From contig RDEW01000087.1 in the NCBI GenBank assembly GCA_011109175.1, positions 69,211 to 133,210 on the forward strand: 64,000 nucleotides of DNA, in the 5' to 3' direction. The notes beneath the pieces were generated by a model. That model ran no database searches. It saw only the letters and a list, made by a program, of their open reading frames with translations, and had not been told where the DNA came from. Source of the stretch: Dicyema japonicum. Its lineage: Eukaryota; Animalia; Dicyemida. Each line of letters begins with the position of its first letter. Position 1 is the stretch's first letter. Both the position numbers and the translations under genes were made by a program. Positions 50,019 through 62,879 of the stretch are shown here, piece after piece.

Positions 50019-50592
50019 NNNNNNNNNNNNNNNNNNNNNNNNNNNNNNNNNNNNNNNNNNNNNNNNNNNNNNNNNNNNNNNNNNNNNNNNNNNNNNNNNN
50101 NNNNNNNNNNNNNNNNNNNNNNNNNNNNNNNNNNNNNNNNNNNNNNNNNNNNNNNNNNNNNNNNNNNNNNNNNNNNNNNNNNNNNNNNNNNNNNNNNNNN
50201 NNNNNNNNNNNNNNNNNNNNNNNNNNNNNNNNNNNNNNNNNNNNNNNNNNNNNNNNNNNNNNNNNNNNNNNNNNNNNNNNNNNNNNNNNNNNNNNNNNNN
50301 NNNNNNNNNNNNNNNNNNNNNNNNNNNNNNNNNNNNNNNNNNNNNNNNNNNNNNNNNNNNNNNNNNNNNNNNNNNNNNNNNNNNNNNNNNNNNNNNNNNN
50401 NNNNNNNNNNNNNNNNNNNNNNNNNNNNNNNNNNNNNNNNNNNNNNNNNNNNNNNNNNNNNNNNNNNNNNNNNNNNNNNNNNNNNNNNNNNNNNNNNNNN
50501 NNNNNNNNNNNNNNNNNNNNNNNNNNNNNNNNNNNNNNNNNNNNNNNNNNNNNNNNNNNNNNNNNNNNNNNNNNNNNNNNNNNNNNNNNNNN
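50019..50592. other. Assembly gap (574 N)
   Basis: Run of N. Confidence 1.
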
Positions 50593-50599
50593 CGGATGT

Positions 50600-50830
50600 C
50601 CTACTTGCGAACACTGAATGAAATCGGTTCAGAGCGATCCCGTAAATTTGAGAAACATATTGGCACTTCTAAAGGAGCCATTACTATTTGTTATCTATCT
50701 GGTAGCTGCCCTTCGGGATTTAGGAGCCAAAAGTATACCGACTTTAATCACAGAACTAATTTACGCTTATGACGTAGACTTTGTTTCTGAGTACATAAAG
50801 GAGATCAGAGCTGCTCTAAATCATGCTCCA
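50600..50830 (+). mobile_element. RTE-clade RT fragment
   Basis: PLLFVIYLVAALRDL...ELIYAYDVDFVSE. Confidence 0.75.
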
Positions 50831-51000
50831 TGAGCATTCTTTGGATGGTTTCTGAAAATTGGCGTCAATGGATTAACTTTCTTGTTGCGAATGTGCATGT
50901 AATAATCTTTTGTGGTGTGGTGCATATCTGTTTCTGACGAATTTAATGAAACATATTCTCTTCCTGCTTAAATGGAAATTGAAAATACAGTTTAAGTGAG

Positions 51001-51900
51001 ATGTCTGCTTCAGGGACTGTCCTGAAGATTGAATTGTGTCCGACTAACACGCTATGCTACAAGCTTCGAAAGTCATGCTGGATGGTGTGATTCACTCTTA
51101 CAAAGTATAGTAGGCGAGCTCAAATCCAGAGTAATGGATTGTCTGTCATCACAGAGTCGTTCAATGAAAATTTCAGAACTGCTGAGTCTATCTCGGATGT
51201 TAAAAAACTAAGTCCACGATCGGGGGCCTGCTTTGAGATTCTTACCAAGAATAATCCTTGTAATGTACAGTACTATAAACTGTTAAGAAGTTACCTGAAT
51301 TAAACTTTAAAATTAGAGAATACAATCCTCCAACTACAAAGAAGATTCCTCTGTCTAAATTTTGGATAGCAAACTACTTTTTGTAATGAACAATGCAATT
51401 AAGGAGTATTCAAAGACATCCAACCTTGGATAACTGAATTCTTGAAGAACTATTTCCAGAATGAAGTAGACAAACTCAATGATCGTTCGATTTGGGATGT
51501 CTCTATTATTTAAGCACTTACGCATAGAGTAGCAAATTTACAGTTGGTCACTCAAGTATTTTAAGGTTACGAACACGTAATACGGACTTGCTTATGGCTT
51601 TCCACGTTATGAATAGGGTCTGGTAGTATTTATTACCCAGACTTGTTATATCACAAAAGTTAAAAGCCAGGAAAATTACATTGTTCACCCTATGAAATAG
51701 AGGGGGATAACCCTAAAAGTGTAGTTAAATGATTACCCATTTTTAATTAAGTCAATATCAGACTTTTCTCTTGTATTATTCGCTCATCAAATAGACAAGG
51801 TCGAAGATTTAAACGAATAAGGCAATACTGAAGGCTTTTCTGTATCTTCGATACCAACCAAGTAAGAGAAATTGGAAGGGAAGGAAAAATCCTTGTTGTT
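51001..51900 (+). CDS. Putative spliced orphan gene convergent with the DOCK gene
   Basis: Removing plausible ~21-27 nt GT-AG introns links MSASGTVLKIELCPTNTLCYKLRKSCWM to YSRRAQIQ...GACFEILTKNNPCNVQYYKLL and further open blocks. No homology recognised. Confidence 0.35.
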
Positions 51901-52099
51901 TTTGAGTACGTGGATAATTATTGATTTCTCCCATAACATAGGGATAAAACATGGAGAATTCATAAATGTCCTTGAGAGCTTGGAGTCCCTTAGGTCTGAA
52001 GTGTCCAAGTGTAGAATACTTAATGGCCTTTGACAGGAGAGATCGCGCATTTTGGATAAAGTGATGGATTATAGAATGCCTGGTGGTTGGATATCTCAG

Positions 52100-55000
52100 A
52101 TTGGAATGTGAGAATAATGATTTTATTATAAAGAAATGAGAAACAAAGTATTAGTATTAAAAAGATGGGCCATAATAAGCAATTTGTATGGCTGCTGCTT
52201 TCTTGAGTTCCTCCACACTACATATATATATAATACTACCTCTTTAGGACTATAGGTTTCTTTACGACAGACTGGAATGCATTCTCTACCAAGTCAATTA
52301 TTGAATCTCTCAAAATGATAAAGTTCCTCGACAACTCCCTCTGGTACTCACGCTGATTGGAATCAATGAGGAAAGGATTAACATTCACGGCCACATAAGC
52401 TCTAAAGTAACAAAAATGATTACGATGTGATCATCTGATTTAGGAGATCTACCAATTGGTAGTGATAAATGGTTGGTTTCTCTTTCCCCTCAATCAAAGG
52501 TTTGAGGAATAAAGCAGCCATTTCTCTAAGTCCCTAATATTAGAGGTCATATCAACCAGATTAACGACTGTCTCCACTATTGACTGAACATTTAGCTGGA
52601 TAAGAGTAGAGTTGGGGGTCTTTGATGCCATGTAGTAATTAAGATCGTTGACTTTACGAGTCAAATCGTCGATGGCGACTTGAATGGGGGACAAAATAAT
52701 CTTTGTTGTTAAATGCGTTAACCTCATGAATTTTGATGATTCTGCTGTAAACTCTAATGTATGGTAGCCACTCATTTGTGGTAAAGACATATCTACGGAT
52801 ATGTTGGCCTAATATTCCATCTTCCTTTTTTCCTTGGAAGAATGGAATAGATGTGCAAAATGTATCTAATATTAAATAAGAGGTGACTTGATGCCAAAGG
52901 AGTGTTGTCTGAGGGATAAATCTCAACTGGCCCTACAATAATCATATTCTGTGTTAATCAAATATATTACATCTTCATTGGATATCTTTTTGAAGTCCCC
53001 TGTTGTATCGATTTTAACAATAATTTGATGTTCTCCGTAAATTAGATCCATACATTTCTCACATATTTACCTCTACTACCTGAATACGAACACATATTGC
53101 ATTCCCACCCTCACCCTCCTTTCCCAGGTAAATGTAATCCCTTCCCCCAAACTCTTTGAATATCTTTCCAATATAGTGACATCGGTAAAAGCTGTGTTTT
53201 TCAAAGTTCTGCAATAATTACAAAAATAACAGATGTGGAAATGATTTCATAAAACTCCCGTAGGTTTCCATGAATTTGTGTCAACTTAGGAAAGTTTCTC
53301 TCCATGTAATGAAAGGGGATCGACAGTTTGAGTAGTTTCTCGGCCTGATCGTATAGTTTAGCCTACGTCAGCTTTAAGACTACCAATTTGAAAAAGACGA
53401 CTGTCAACTCAAGAATATCAGTAAATCCAGAAATAGTGAAATTTCTAATGTAATCCAATATAGTGAAAGCTGGAATAATGCTCTCTTCGGCAACATTTGG
53501 GGATATTGCCTAAATTACACTGACAAATACAGAAAGGTCAATGTTAGCAAGATCAGGGGAATGTGAGAAACCCTTCCTAATATAGTCATATGAGAGAGCT
53601 GTGGCTTGGAGAAGACAATAGGCTGCCTCAATTTGGTTGCCATACTGATATTACGACTAAAACAACCTCACTGTGTTTTCTAGCTATTTTCTGAAGCCAT
53701 TCCAACCGAATCTCTGAATCAGGCCTGTAGCTGTTGGCAATGCTGATCATCAGGTCTATCACTGTTTCAGGGTCATTGGATTCCTGCAGAGTTAAGTAAT
53801 TGTTTATTATCGAACGGGCTATCTCTATTGGCTCAGTCACCTACCTTCACTAACAAACACACCTTGAATTTATTATTTATCAAAAAATCCTCTTTTTGCA
53901 TACAATTATAGTTTTCCACGTATTTTACCCCAATCATTGTGTTTTTCAACACATTTACACGATCAGACAATATTAGCTTACTCAATGACTTTAGAATAGC
54001 CACGAGGATGTACCGGGATTTCTACGGTAACTAGAATGTGTACATTTGAGTCCTCAGAGTATTTAAGGAGAAAGAAATAAACCATAAAACTGGCCTGGCA
54101 TTGCAAAACTGGAATGGTGGAGGACAACAAACTAAAACTCGTGAAGACCAAAGCTTCACAAGCCCAACAATCCCAAAATTGTTTAAACTAAACTCACATG
54201 AAATCAATACTTGGTAAGCAAGTCTCCGAATTAAGTGGAAAGTTTGTATTTTGACATCACTGGAGTTCTCCAACTGTAGAATAACAGAGTACAACAGCAT
54301 TATGCAGTTTATAATGTCTTGTGAGATATTTGTACGACTTTGAACCACAAACTAACAAATATTAAATAATGCTACTGAAATGTACTTTTCACAAGTATTC
54401 ATAACCATCGCTGACACTTCTATGTTAAAGTGGGCTGAAAGAGTTGCCTCCACCTCCACGTCAATGTTACTCCTCTCAGAACCCCCGGAGATGTTGTGAA
54501 GTCCTGGCTTTACTTTATAGCGCAGGCCTAAGGAGGAAGAAACTCCTTTGGCTGGATCTGTTCCTCTGTTCAGAACCATCTTCATGTATTCGTGCCTGGC
54601 TCCACCAGTCCCCATCAGACTTTCTTCCAGTTTGAACTTTACAGATTTGGTTTTTCTGAGAACATTGACAGAATACTGTTGGTGGTACTTTTTTCCCTAA
54701 AATAAGTGGTTGGGTAACCTTGTATTCGAAAGTGTAGAGACAACTCCTCATAATGCACAGAACTCTGCGAATATGACTATTTGTAGAAAATTCAAATATG
54801 CTTTTCATACTTTCATGACTTAAATTCTCCAAAATGTATTTGAAACAAAATAATAAGTTGTTTTTGCTCACATTATTGACTCTCCCGGGAATCATTGAAT
54901 TTTCCTTAGTTGGGTTAGTTTCTGTTATTTTTTGATTATTAAACAAATCTGACAAATATTCCCTTTCCAAATTCTCTGATAAACCGTAAAATTCAGAGAT

Positions 55001-58000
55001 TATGAAAATAAGTGGAATAAACATATCCACAATGTTTGCCTTTGTCTCCTGATCGTCAAACCGAGGATCGCAGTCAACGTAAATAAGCAAATTTTTGAAC
55101 AACCGAGAGGATCGATTTTGTAGGGAAGGATTACTGAGTGTTAATAAAAAATACCCCATTTTAATGAAATATATCAAATCCATCATTATGAGGCCCAAAA
55201 GAAAGTTTGTGCCAAAATATTCCTCGGTTATGCCAAACAAGTCAAGTCTAAAAATGTACGATCTTCTCATGTATTTGTTGGATTTTAAAAATTCTGCGAA
55301 TTTGACAGGAGTTTTGTTGTCGGTAGTGAGAAAGAGTTGGTAGAAGTACTCGAATGAGCAGAGGATATCGTAGAAATCAAACTTTAGCATGAAAATGTTG
55401 ACTTTGTCTTTGGAATCGAAGGCAGCCGAACTTATCTAAAGTAAGGCAAGTCAAAACCAGTGAGCAATATAACATAATAATCTTGTACACGTGTTTTGCA
55501 CCAATTATGTAAAATAGCTGAGTCACAAAATATGCAAATTCCTTGTTAATGCTTACACTCAGGGATTTGTCCTATATTATACAACCCACGTGACTATTTC
55601 ATGGAGACTCAGCATATCCTTCACAAATACACGGCACAGGTTTTCAAGTTTGGATATTTCAGATAACGTGGGGATATTGGTTTTCACTTTGTTGTTAAAC
55701 AGTGACTTGCCCTTACTGTTATTAAACTGAAAACTATTAAGTTTATAAAAAAGGGGGAAATTTCAATCATCCCCGTTCTCTCAGTCTCCGCCTCAATCCA
55801 AACGTCAATCAGTCTTACAAATATCTGTAATAACTAAACAGATAACCTTCTTGTTGTGTAACTTTTCAAATTGGTCGAAAGCTACGATGAACTAATCATC
55901 AAACCAGGATCAGACAGAAATATTGTGTCCGTGTAGAGAGACAGTGTTATGTCTCTGATTCCGTAATCACAAGAGGAACCCACTCCCTTGGCCAGAAATA
56001 TTAAGGTCGATAATATAGTTTCCTTTATTTTCCCAGAATATTCAGTTTCTATGAGTGAGTACACGTAACACTTTCATTTGAAAACAGTTCATTTCCGAAA
56101 ATTAGTACAAAAATAAGTTTATCAAATAACTGGTAGACCATAGGGAAGTACTCCTCCACCTTCACTGTATTTAGTTCCTTTATGACGAGGATGAATTGAT
56201 CGACAGATGTTTTCCCAGTCCCAACATTCAGTAGCATTGTTAAAGCATTTTTGATTTTAAAATTCTAAGAATGAGTATTACCTGACCATGGGGTACACAG
56301 TCGTCATTGGAGTGAGGGAGAACGAAAACAAGGGCCTTTGACCTTCAATCCACCTCAAAGAGTTCCCTTCAGCGAAAGAGTTGATCTCATAGTAGTTATT
56401 GGGCTTATCAATGCAAATTGGTAAATCAAAGTTTCCGTAAACAATGCAGCCATCCTTCTCAATGGGAAGCCACTGGTTTAATACATAATAAACTGAGTAG
56501 CCGATTATGGTCTGCTTCTTATCCAGTTTTTCTAGTTTGGGGACACTGTAGTATGTCAACAGTAGATGAGACGTTGTTGAGAGAGTGTTTGGGAGTAACA
56601 TCTTTATTTCTTCGCTATAAGTCACCAATTTGTTTTTGTAGCTCAAATGGAGGAGAATGTCATTTTGGTATTCTGGACAGTTCGAATGACCAAAAATGAG
56701 CTATTTATTATGAAAACACAAACCTGAGCCTTCCCATAACTGATTAGTTGGACTTTTACGGAAATTGACTTTACTGAAGAAATTCTGAAGAGATTCAACA
56801 TCTTTGGGTAGAAAAAGAGGAAATTTCACTATAAATATAAAGTCCAACCTATGGTGGTCTAGGGGACTTGTGAGATGAGGGTTTGGGAGATTAATTACTT
56901 CTTTAGCAGTAAAAGAATCTTCAGAGGGAGACAGGACGTAATTGTGGTTAGAAATCAGCAAATTAAATTGAGTAAAGGTCATGGGAAACATTTTAAACAG
57001 AAAACTCCCTGAAATGAGAATATTCGGGAACCTTTGACCATTTTTATTTTCCTACACAAGGAAGGTGACTTTTTCATGCTTTTGTATAAATTGACAATTT
57101 CATGATCCGTTATATTGTCTTTCTAAAATACATGTTAAGGATTACCTTCCTGAACTTGGGGTTTGCCTCAAAGGGTACCACTTCATTAAGGTAATAGTCA
57201 GCTACAAAGAACATAATAAACAAACGGGAAGCACGTGAACTCTTAATAGAAGGAATCGATATGTTGTCTTTATTTGTTGACTTTGATGCCATAGAAGTCA
57301 AATCAGAGTAAAATAAAGAGACCAATGAGGACACAAACCATCCATAAGGGACTCTATATATCCCAGCTTTACTGCAGAGGGAAGATAACTGCTTTCCGTG
57401 ATTCTGAAATCAAAACCATGGTCATACACCACTCTCTTTGGAGAGGTCAATGGATTCGAACTCTTTGGGAAGGATCTTTTCGATCTAGAATGAGTCCCAT
57501 GTTAACCCGAATTATAAGAAGCACGTGGCTGATATCATTGTAAATATTGAACATAGCTGTGTCCATTTTTGTGGAATTGTCTTCATGGGGGATAAAGTCT
57601 GTGATCAGTGTTTTTTGTGTTGCCGTATTTTTATCAAAATAAAAGGTCTCGGTGATCTATTTAAAGGAATATTAGGTTACTTTGGTGTTTGTCCTCATGT
57701 CGTAAAAGTAAAGATACCCAAAAACAGGCTCCAGTAGATTATCCACTCTGGTACGGTTATTTACTAAGATTTACTCAAACACAGTATTTTTCAAGCAGAA
57801 CTGAAATCCCGATGGAGGATCAAAGGTGGAGAACTCAGGGCGAGCATGGTGGTACTAAAACTCAATCACAAAAAAACATTGTCTCCACCGAAAAGACTGG
57901 AAAGATGTTTTATAGGTTTTTTTGGTTTATAAGTAGTGTAATTTTTGTCCTTAGCGAAAGGTAATGTGGATATTTGCTCTTTTACCTCCTTTTCTGATAA

Positions 58001-58459
58001 CATATCGGTGGTAGTCTAAGTACTGAATATAATTTGTCACTTGGCTGTCTTCTTTGTCAACCTCATACTCGACGGATTCGCATCCTATCGTTAACTGGTA
58101 ACGCTCAGCTGAAGATCTGCTTCCGTAATCGACAGAATGTAATCTAATTATAATTATCATTACTTTTTGGAGATCACCGTTGAATTTCCCATTGAGTGTT
58201 TAATTCCATAGTTTACGTGGTCCTCGTTTCTGGGATTATTTTTAACGTCACTTTATGTCCTCAGTAATTTGAGATTTTCTAGGCAAAGGAGGATTGGAGA
58301 TTGAAATTGTATCTTGAGGGATGCTCGTTGTAACTGGGAGATTTATAGATTCCATTGGGGGATTGGTTATAAAATCCTAAGTTGTGGATATTAAGGCTTT
58401 ACTTCGGAAATGTCAAAGAATTGAAAGTTTTCATCGAATTTTGGAAGAAGATCAAACAT
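52100..58459 (-). CDS. DOCK7: Dedicator of cytokinesis protein, DOCK6/7/8 (DOCK-C/Zir)-like Rho GEF; multi-exon with 20-26 nt introns; 3' end approximate
   Basis: N-terminal region EPVFGYLYFYDMRTNTK|ITETFYFDKN; DHR1/C2 YKNK..YSEEIKMLLP..L....HLLLTYY...IIGYS|WLP..G.FDLP; ARM region DCDPRF...KANIVDMFIPLI; DHR2 DLMISIANSY...RLEWLQKIARKH, LSPIQVAIDD, TVVN..LREMAALFL and LIDSNQREYQREL. The symbol marks the subfamily; the exact paralogue is not determinable. Confidence 0.9.
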
Positions 58460-58904
58460 TTAAACTGATTAATTCAAAGTTTAATTTATTTTGTTACTTT
58501 AATAATGAATTAATTTACATTTTTATATTATTTTAAAATATTATTTTTTATTTTTTATTGCTTTATAAAAAACCAAAGATTGTAAAATAGAAAATTTATG
58601 ACTTTTTGATATGTCTACTTTTATGAGTCTCTAACTTTTGTGTAAGAACTAAGGAATAATTATAAAGTATTGAGTTTGAAGGCCAGTTATGGAAACATCT
58701 CATGAATGCTGAGGATAATCCATCTTAGTATTGCCTGTAAAGGTATTATAGTTTTAATTTATGACATAACCAATAAAACCAGTATTAAACATATATTGTA
58801 GATTATGTGTGTTACTCTACTCAAAACCTTATTTATAAGGGTAAGCATTAGTGTTTTATTACTTTATTAATAATATTATTTGTGTAATCTGCTTACATCA
58901 GTTT

Positions 58905-60040
58905 TAATTATTATTAAAAGCACTTTCACATAACCAAAGAATGTCATATTAACTAAGGTCCCCTTTGTGCCACACGTTTCGAAATTTGCTTCACTAGGCG
59001 TCTCCATCGCCCTCTACTTTACGCATCTGTCCTTAGATCTTATAGGTCTTCTGCAGATTTAAGTTTTCTTCTAATCCCATAAAGATACTTGTTCAGAGCC
59101 ACGGGTAGACTCTGGGTCTTCCTCTGAATGATGGTTTGTTCTCATTGTAATTGTCCATCATTATATTTGCAGGGGCGTTTATGTCTAATCTAAGCACGTC
59201 CCCAAACAGTCTCCATATAGATTCAATAATGTCGATGCTTATTGGCCTCGATTGTGCCACAGAGTATAATTTCTTATTTGAAATCTTCTTGAATCAACCT
59301 AAGCCCATTAAATTGCGTGATTGTTTTCAATGAAATATATCCATATTCTTGAGCTTTAGCTCTGTGACCAGCCATCTACCCGAGTTGTACATAAACACTG
59401 GCTTAATATATGAGTTATATAGTCTCATTCATAGGTTTGTTTATATTAGTTTTCGTCCACTCCATAACATCTGCATTTTCTTATACATGGCAGTGACTAG
59501 AACTCTTTTATACATCATGTCCTCACTATCACCAAGTAAGGATTCCAATTTCCTTTTTTTCCTCCAATTTTCATCAATATATATTAATTCCCTTGTGATT
59601 CTTATGTGTTCAGTTTTTTGATTAACTCGCAGAGACCAAAACTTCAATTCTCCAGGGATTTTCTCTAAAGCAATACTAAGTTCCAGATCATTTTCTGACA
59701 CAAAATCTATGTCTGCATATATAATCTCTACCGGCATGCATCCTTCACATTTTGAAACTCCCAGGAAACTCTATCCTCATAAACGAAACTCCCAGCAACG
59801 TCAACAATGTTTTTCTATTGACATTGTCAAACGCACTGGACATGTCCACTCCCAGAATCCTAAAATCACTCCTTTATCATTGACACATGGCACATATCCA
59901 CCTATGGGACCAAACATCATCTGCTGTCGAGCGTACACGTCTGAACCTACTAAGTCCCGGCGACAAAAATTCATAAACATTAGAAGATATCCGACTAAGG
60001 GATATCAGAGATAGTATCTTCCTAGATGTTCCCAGTAAGA
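58905..60040 (-). mobile_element. RTE-clade LINE RT to 3' end, decayed
   Basis: DMSSAFDNVNRKTLL, EIIYAD.DFVSE, A*SRGRWRRLV and tail GTGAAAGTGCTTTTAATAATAA. Confidence 0.75.
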
Positions 60041-60349
60041 TCACTAGTCTTAAATTTTTAATCGGTTTCTTCTCTCCTAGGTTTATGCAGAGGAATCAAA
60101 ATTCCATCACCAAGTTTCAAGGGGGAATGCGTCTCAAATTATTATTAAGGCACTTTCACGAAAGCCATAATGTTTATAGCCCCGCATGTGCAACACTCAT
60201 ATTAACAATATTTATAGTTAATCTTTTTTATCTTCCTCTGTCGAATGCTAGTGATCTCAATTCGTCCAGGTCGTCCCTCGTCTTAAGATTTTTTCTTACA
60301 ATTTTTTTTGTGAGGTGGTGGTGTGCCTTGTTACTTAATTGGATAACAG

Positions 60350-61625
60350 TTGAGAAAAATGTCTAAAAAACACTCATTATACAATCGAGAACTCAGGCTA
60401 ATGACGTTCAACGTACGTGGAATATCGAAAGATTGGAAAGTACTTTGTGACGATCTCGAGAAATACAAAATATCTATTGGCTGCCTACAAGAGACGAAAA
60501 TCGAAAATGGACGCGATGAGACATGGAACAACTGATTCTCTTCCCAACTGAATGCAAGCACTACGGCATGGATTTGCCTTACACGTGGATTACCTCAAAA
60601 ACTACATCGCTATTGGACAGTCAACGACCGAATATGTGTCCTACAAGTCAAACTAAATGATTTATGCCCGTCCAAGAGTCTATTAACTGTCATAAATGTC
60701 TATGCGCTCGATCATACTTCTGAACTGATACGCAAGGTGCTGGCAAACATTGCAATGAGCCGGATAAAGGGTGTGGCGGATCTAGACCTACCAGCAAGTC
60801 AAAGTGGGTTCCGAGAAGGGAGGTCTACGGCAGACATTGTATGGAGCCATAGATGGCGCTGTGCAACGCACCAAAGATTCAAGAGCGCAACGACCGTGTT
60901 AGATCTCTCCAGAGCTATTGACCTAATAAACAGACAGAATCTGATGAATGTGCTTGAGCAAATATTGGATGAATCGTCGGTTAGGATATTCAGACTACTA
61001 CTTGCGAACACAAGACTATCTGTGAGGACAAAAGGAGCAACTTATAGAAAATGCACCTGCGGAGCTTGAGAAATAGTTTCTCAGCGTAAATGTAAACAAA
61101 ACTGAAATTACTGAAATCAAGAGAAGACGATATTACTCATGAATGATGTACTAATAAGCTCGGCTCTCTACTAGGAGACGCTGAAGATGTACTAAGGAGG
61201 AAAACACTAGCAAATGCGACAATTGCTAAACTGAAGAAAGGATGGCTAAGAGCCAAAGAATTTGGAATAGACATCAGATGCAGGCTTTACAACGCCTTTG
61301 TGAAACTGATCCTACTTTCCAACGCTGGGACCTGGGGAAGTTCCTTCAACGAACTATCGAAACTGGATTCGTGCCATAGAAGGCAACTAAGAAGTTTACT
61401 CGGAATGGAGTGACCACGTAGAATATCAACACTAATATTTACAACAAGTGTATGTGTTCGTACATCAGCAAGGATGTGATAGATGCCCGGTGGAGGCTAT
61501 TTGGGCATTTATTAAGAATGAACCCGGACGCACCCGATAACAAAGCGATGGAAGATTACTTTGACAGATGCGACAAACCCTTCCGCGGACGACCTAGATC
61601 GACACTTCCGACTGCCTTAAACAAA
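60350..61625 (+). mobile_element. RTE-clade LINE with internal deletions (APE start, RT part, C-terminus)
   Basis: LRLMTFNVRG...IGCLQET, VINVYA, SQSGFREGRSTADIVWSHRW, RLFGHLLRM and GRPRSTLP. Confidence 0.8.
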
Positions 61626-61629
61626 TACC

Positions 61630-61810
61630 TTATTGAAAATCTTTGTAATGAGGGTTGTCAGTTCGCCTGGTGCATACTTGTTCATTTCTCCATTTATGTT
61701 GTCTGGTCCCACTGCCTTGTTGTTGTTTAATTTAATGATTGTCAGGTTAGTTTCCTCTGTAGAGATCGGTAGATTCAGGCTTCTTGGTGATTTCTCAAAT
61801 GGCTCCACAT
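61630..61810 (-). mobile_element. RTE-clade RT N-terminal fragment
   Basis: KLNNNKAVGPDNINGEMNKYAPGEL. Confidence 0.7.
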
Positions 61811-61819
61811 ATAAGTTTT

Positions 61820-62860
61820 AATAATTTCAGTTATTATGGTTTAATTCTCAATATTACTAAATTGACTAATATTAGTGACTCATCGAGAATTATTATAATA
61901 CCAACTTCACTGTTACACAAACCTTCACATGATCCAACACGCTCTAGCAGCAGAGAAATCAACTTGACCAGATGCTCCTCCCTCGATCCCACAAAAGCAC
62001 GTGGCCAGACCAGCCTTTCCTGGATTTTCGACAACAAACAAAATAACGCGACCTGTCTCGGATCCTTCTTCACTTTTCCGGGTCTCAAAATTAGACGTAG
62101 GTGGGCAAGCTTCCATAATAATATATAATTAAGCACTACCGCGTTGCCATAAGCACGTAAGATGCCTAGGGTTTTGCTCGTGCAGAACACACACTTTATT
62201 TAAGTAAAAACAGTTATTATAACTAATCGTAGAAGGAGAACCAAGGAATGCTCTTCACTTTTTTGTTTTTTCTTTTTCTTGTGTGTATGTCCTTTTGACT
62301 ATCTAGTTCCGCTGTGAATCTTCACTGATGACGGCGTCACTCGTCAAGCCCTTTCCGCATCGTAGATGCGTGGAACCTTCCACCAGGTGAACAGCAGCGA
62401 GAATCGAACCCGAGAACTAAGCCACTTTAGCCCGACACCTAAGCATTAAGCCACACAAGCTTCCATAAGGCTGGAATATAATTTCTGTTAATAGAGTGGT
62501 TGAATATCCTCTTTAATGCAGAGATTCCATAATCCCCAAGATTCTTTGGGACGATCATTGGGATTTTATTTGTCCATTAGAATAGGTTGTTTTAATTGCT
62601 TTCAATACATTTCTCACGTCGTTTTCAGTGAAATAAAGATCAGGTTCCTTTTTTGGTTTACTAAGATATAAGGGGTACATCCGACTTCTACGGTCCTTGT
62701 GAGATATTTTCAAGTAATATTTTATGAGGTTATTTAAGTCCTTTTGGCTGTGATCCTCCTCAGATGTACTTTCATCCTCTCATGAGACGCTTCGAATAGT
62801 CTTCCAAACTTCTGCATTGAATCTATTTATTTAAAGAAGAGAGCAAATGCTTCAATCTAG
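61820..62860 (-). mobile_element. I/Jockey-like LINE RT N-terminal region, split by a SINE insertion
   Basis: Removing the SINE and one TSD copy restores YIPALWKLAHLRLILRPGKVKKDPRQVALFCLLSKIQERLV. Confidence 0.75.
62119..62455 (-). mobile_element. tRNA-derived SINE with RTE-like 3' tail and 13-bp TSD
   Basis: A box TGGCTTAATG (62444-62453) and B box GGTTCGATTC (62401-62410) at tRNA spacing; A-rich linker; tail TTATGGC..CG.G.AGTGCTTAATTATA; TSD CAAGCTTCCATAA at 62106-62118 and 62456-62468. Confidence 0.85.
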
Positions 62861-62879
62861 ATTTTTTGCTTTGGTCTCC

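Noticed and set aside
49801-50772. 323-aa and 201-aa ORFs from the ORF track
   Set aside because: They are artefacts of an 81-bp satellite plus a run of N.
62325-62360. CTGATGA followed by a stem, suggesting a hammerhead ribozyme (similar CCGATGA on the minus strand at ~20490)
   Set aside because: No GAAA core follows stem II and stems I/III are not evident. The first site lies within the SINE body.
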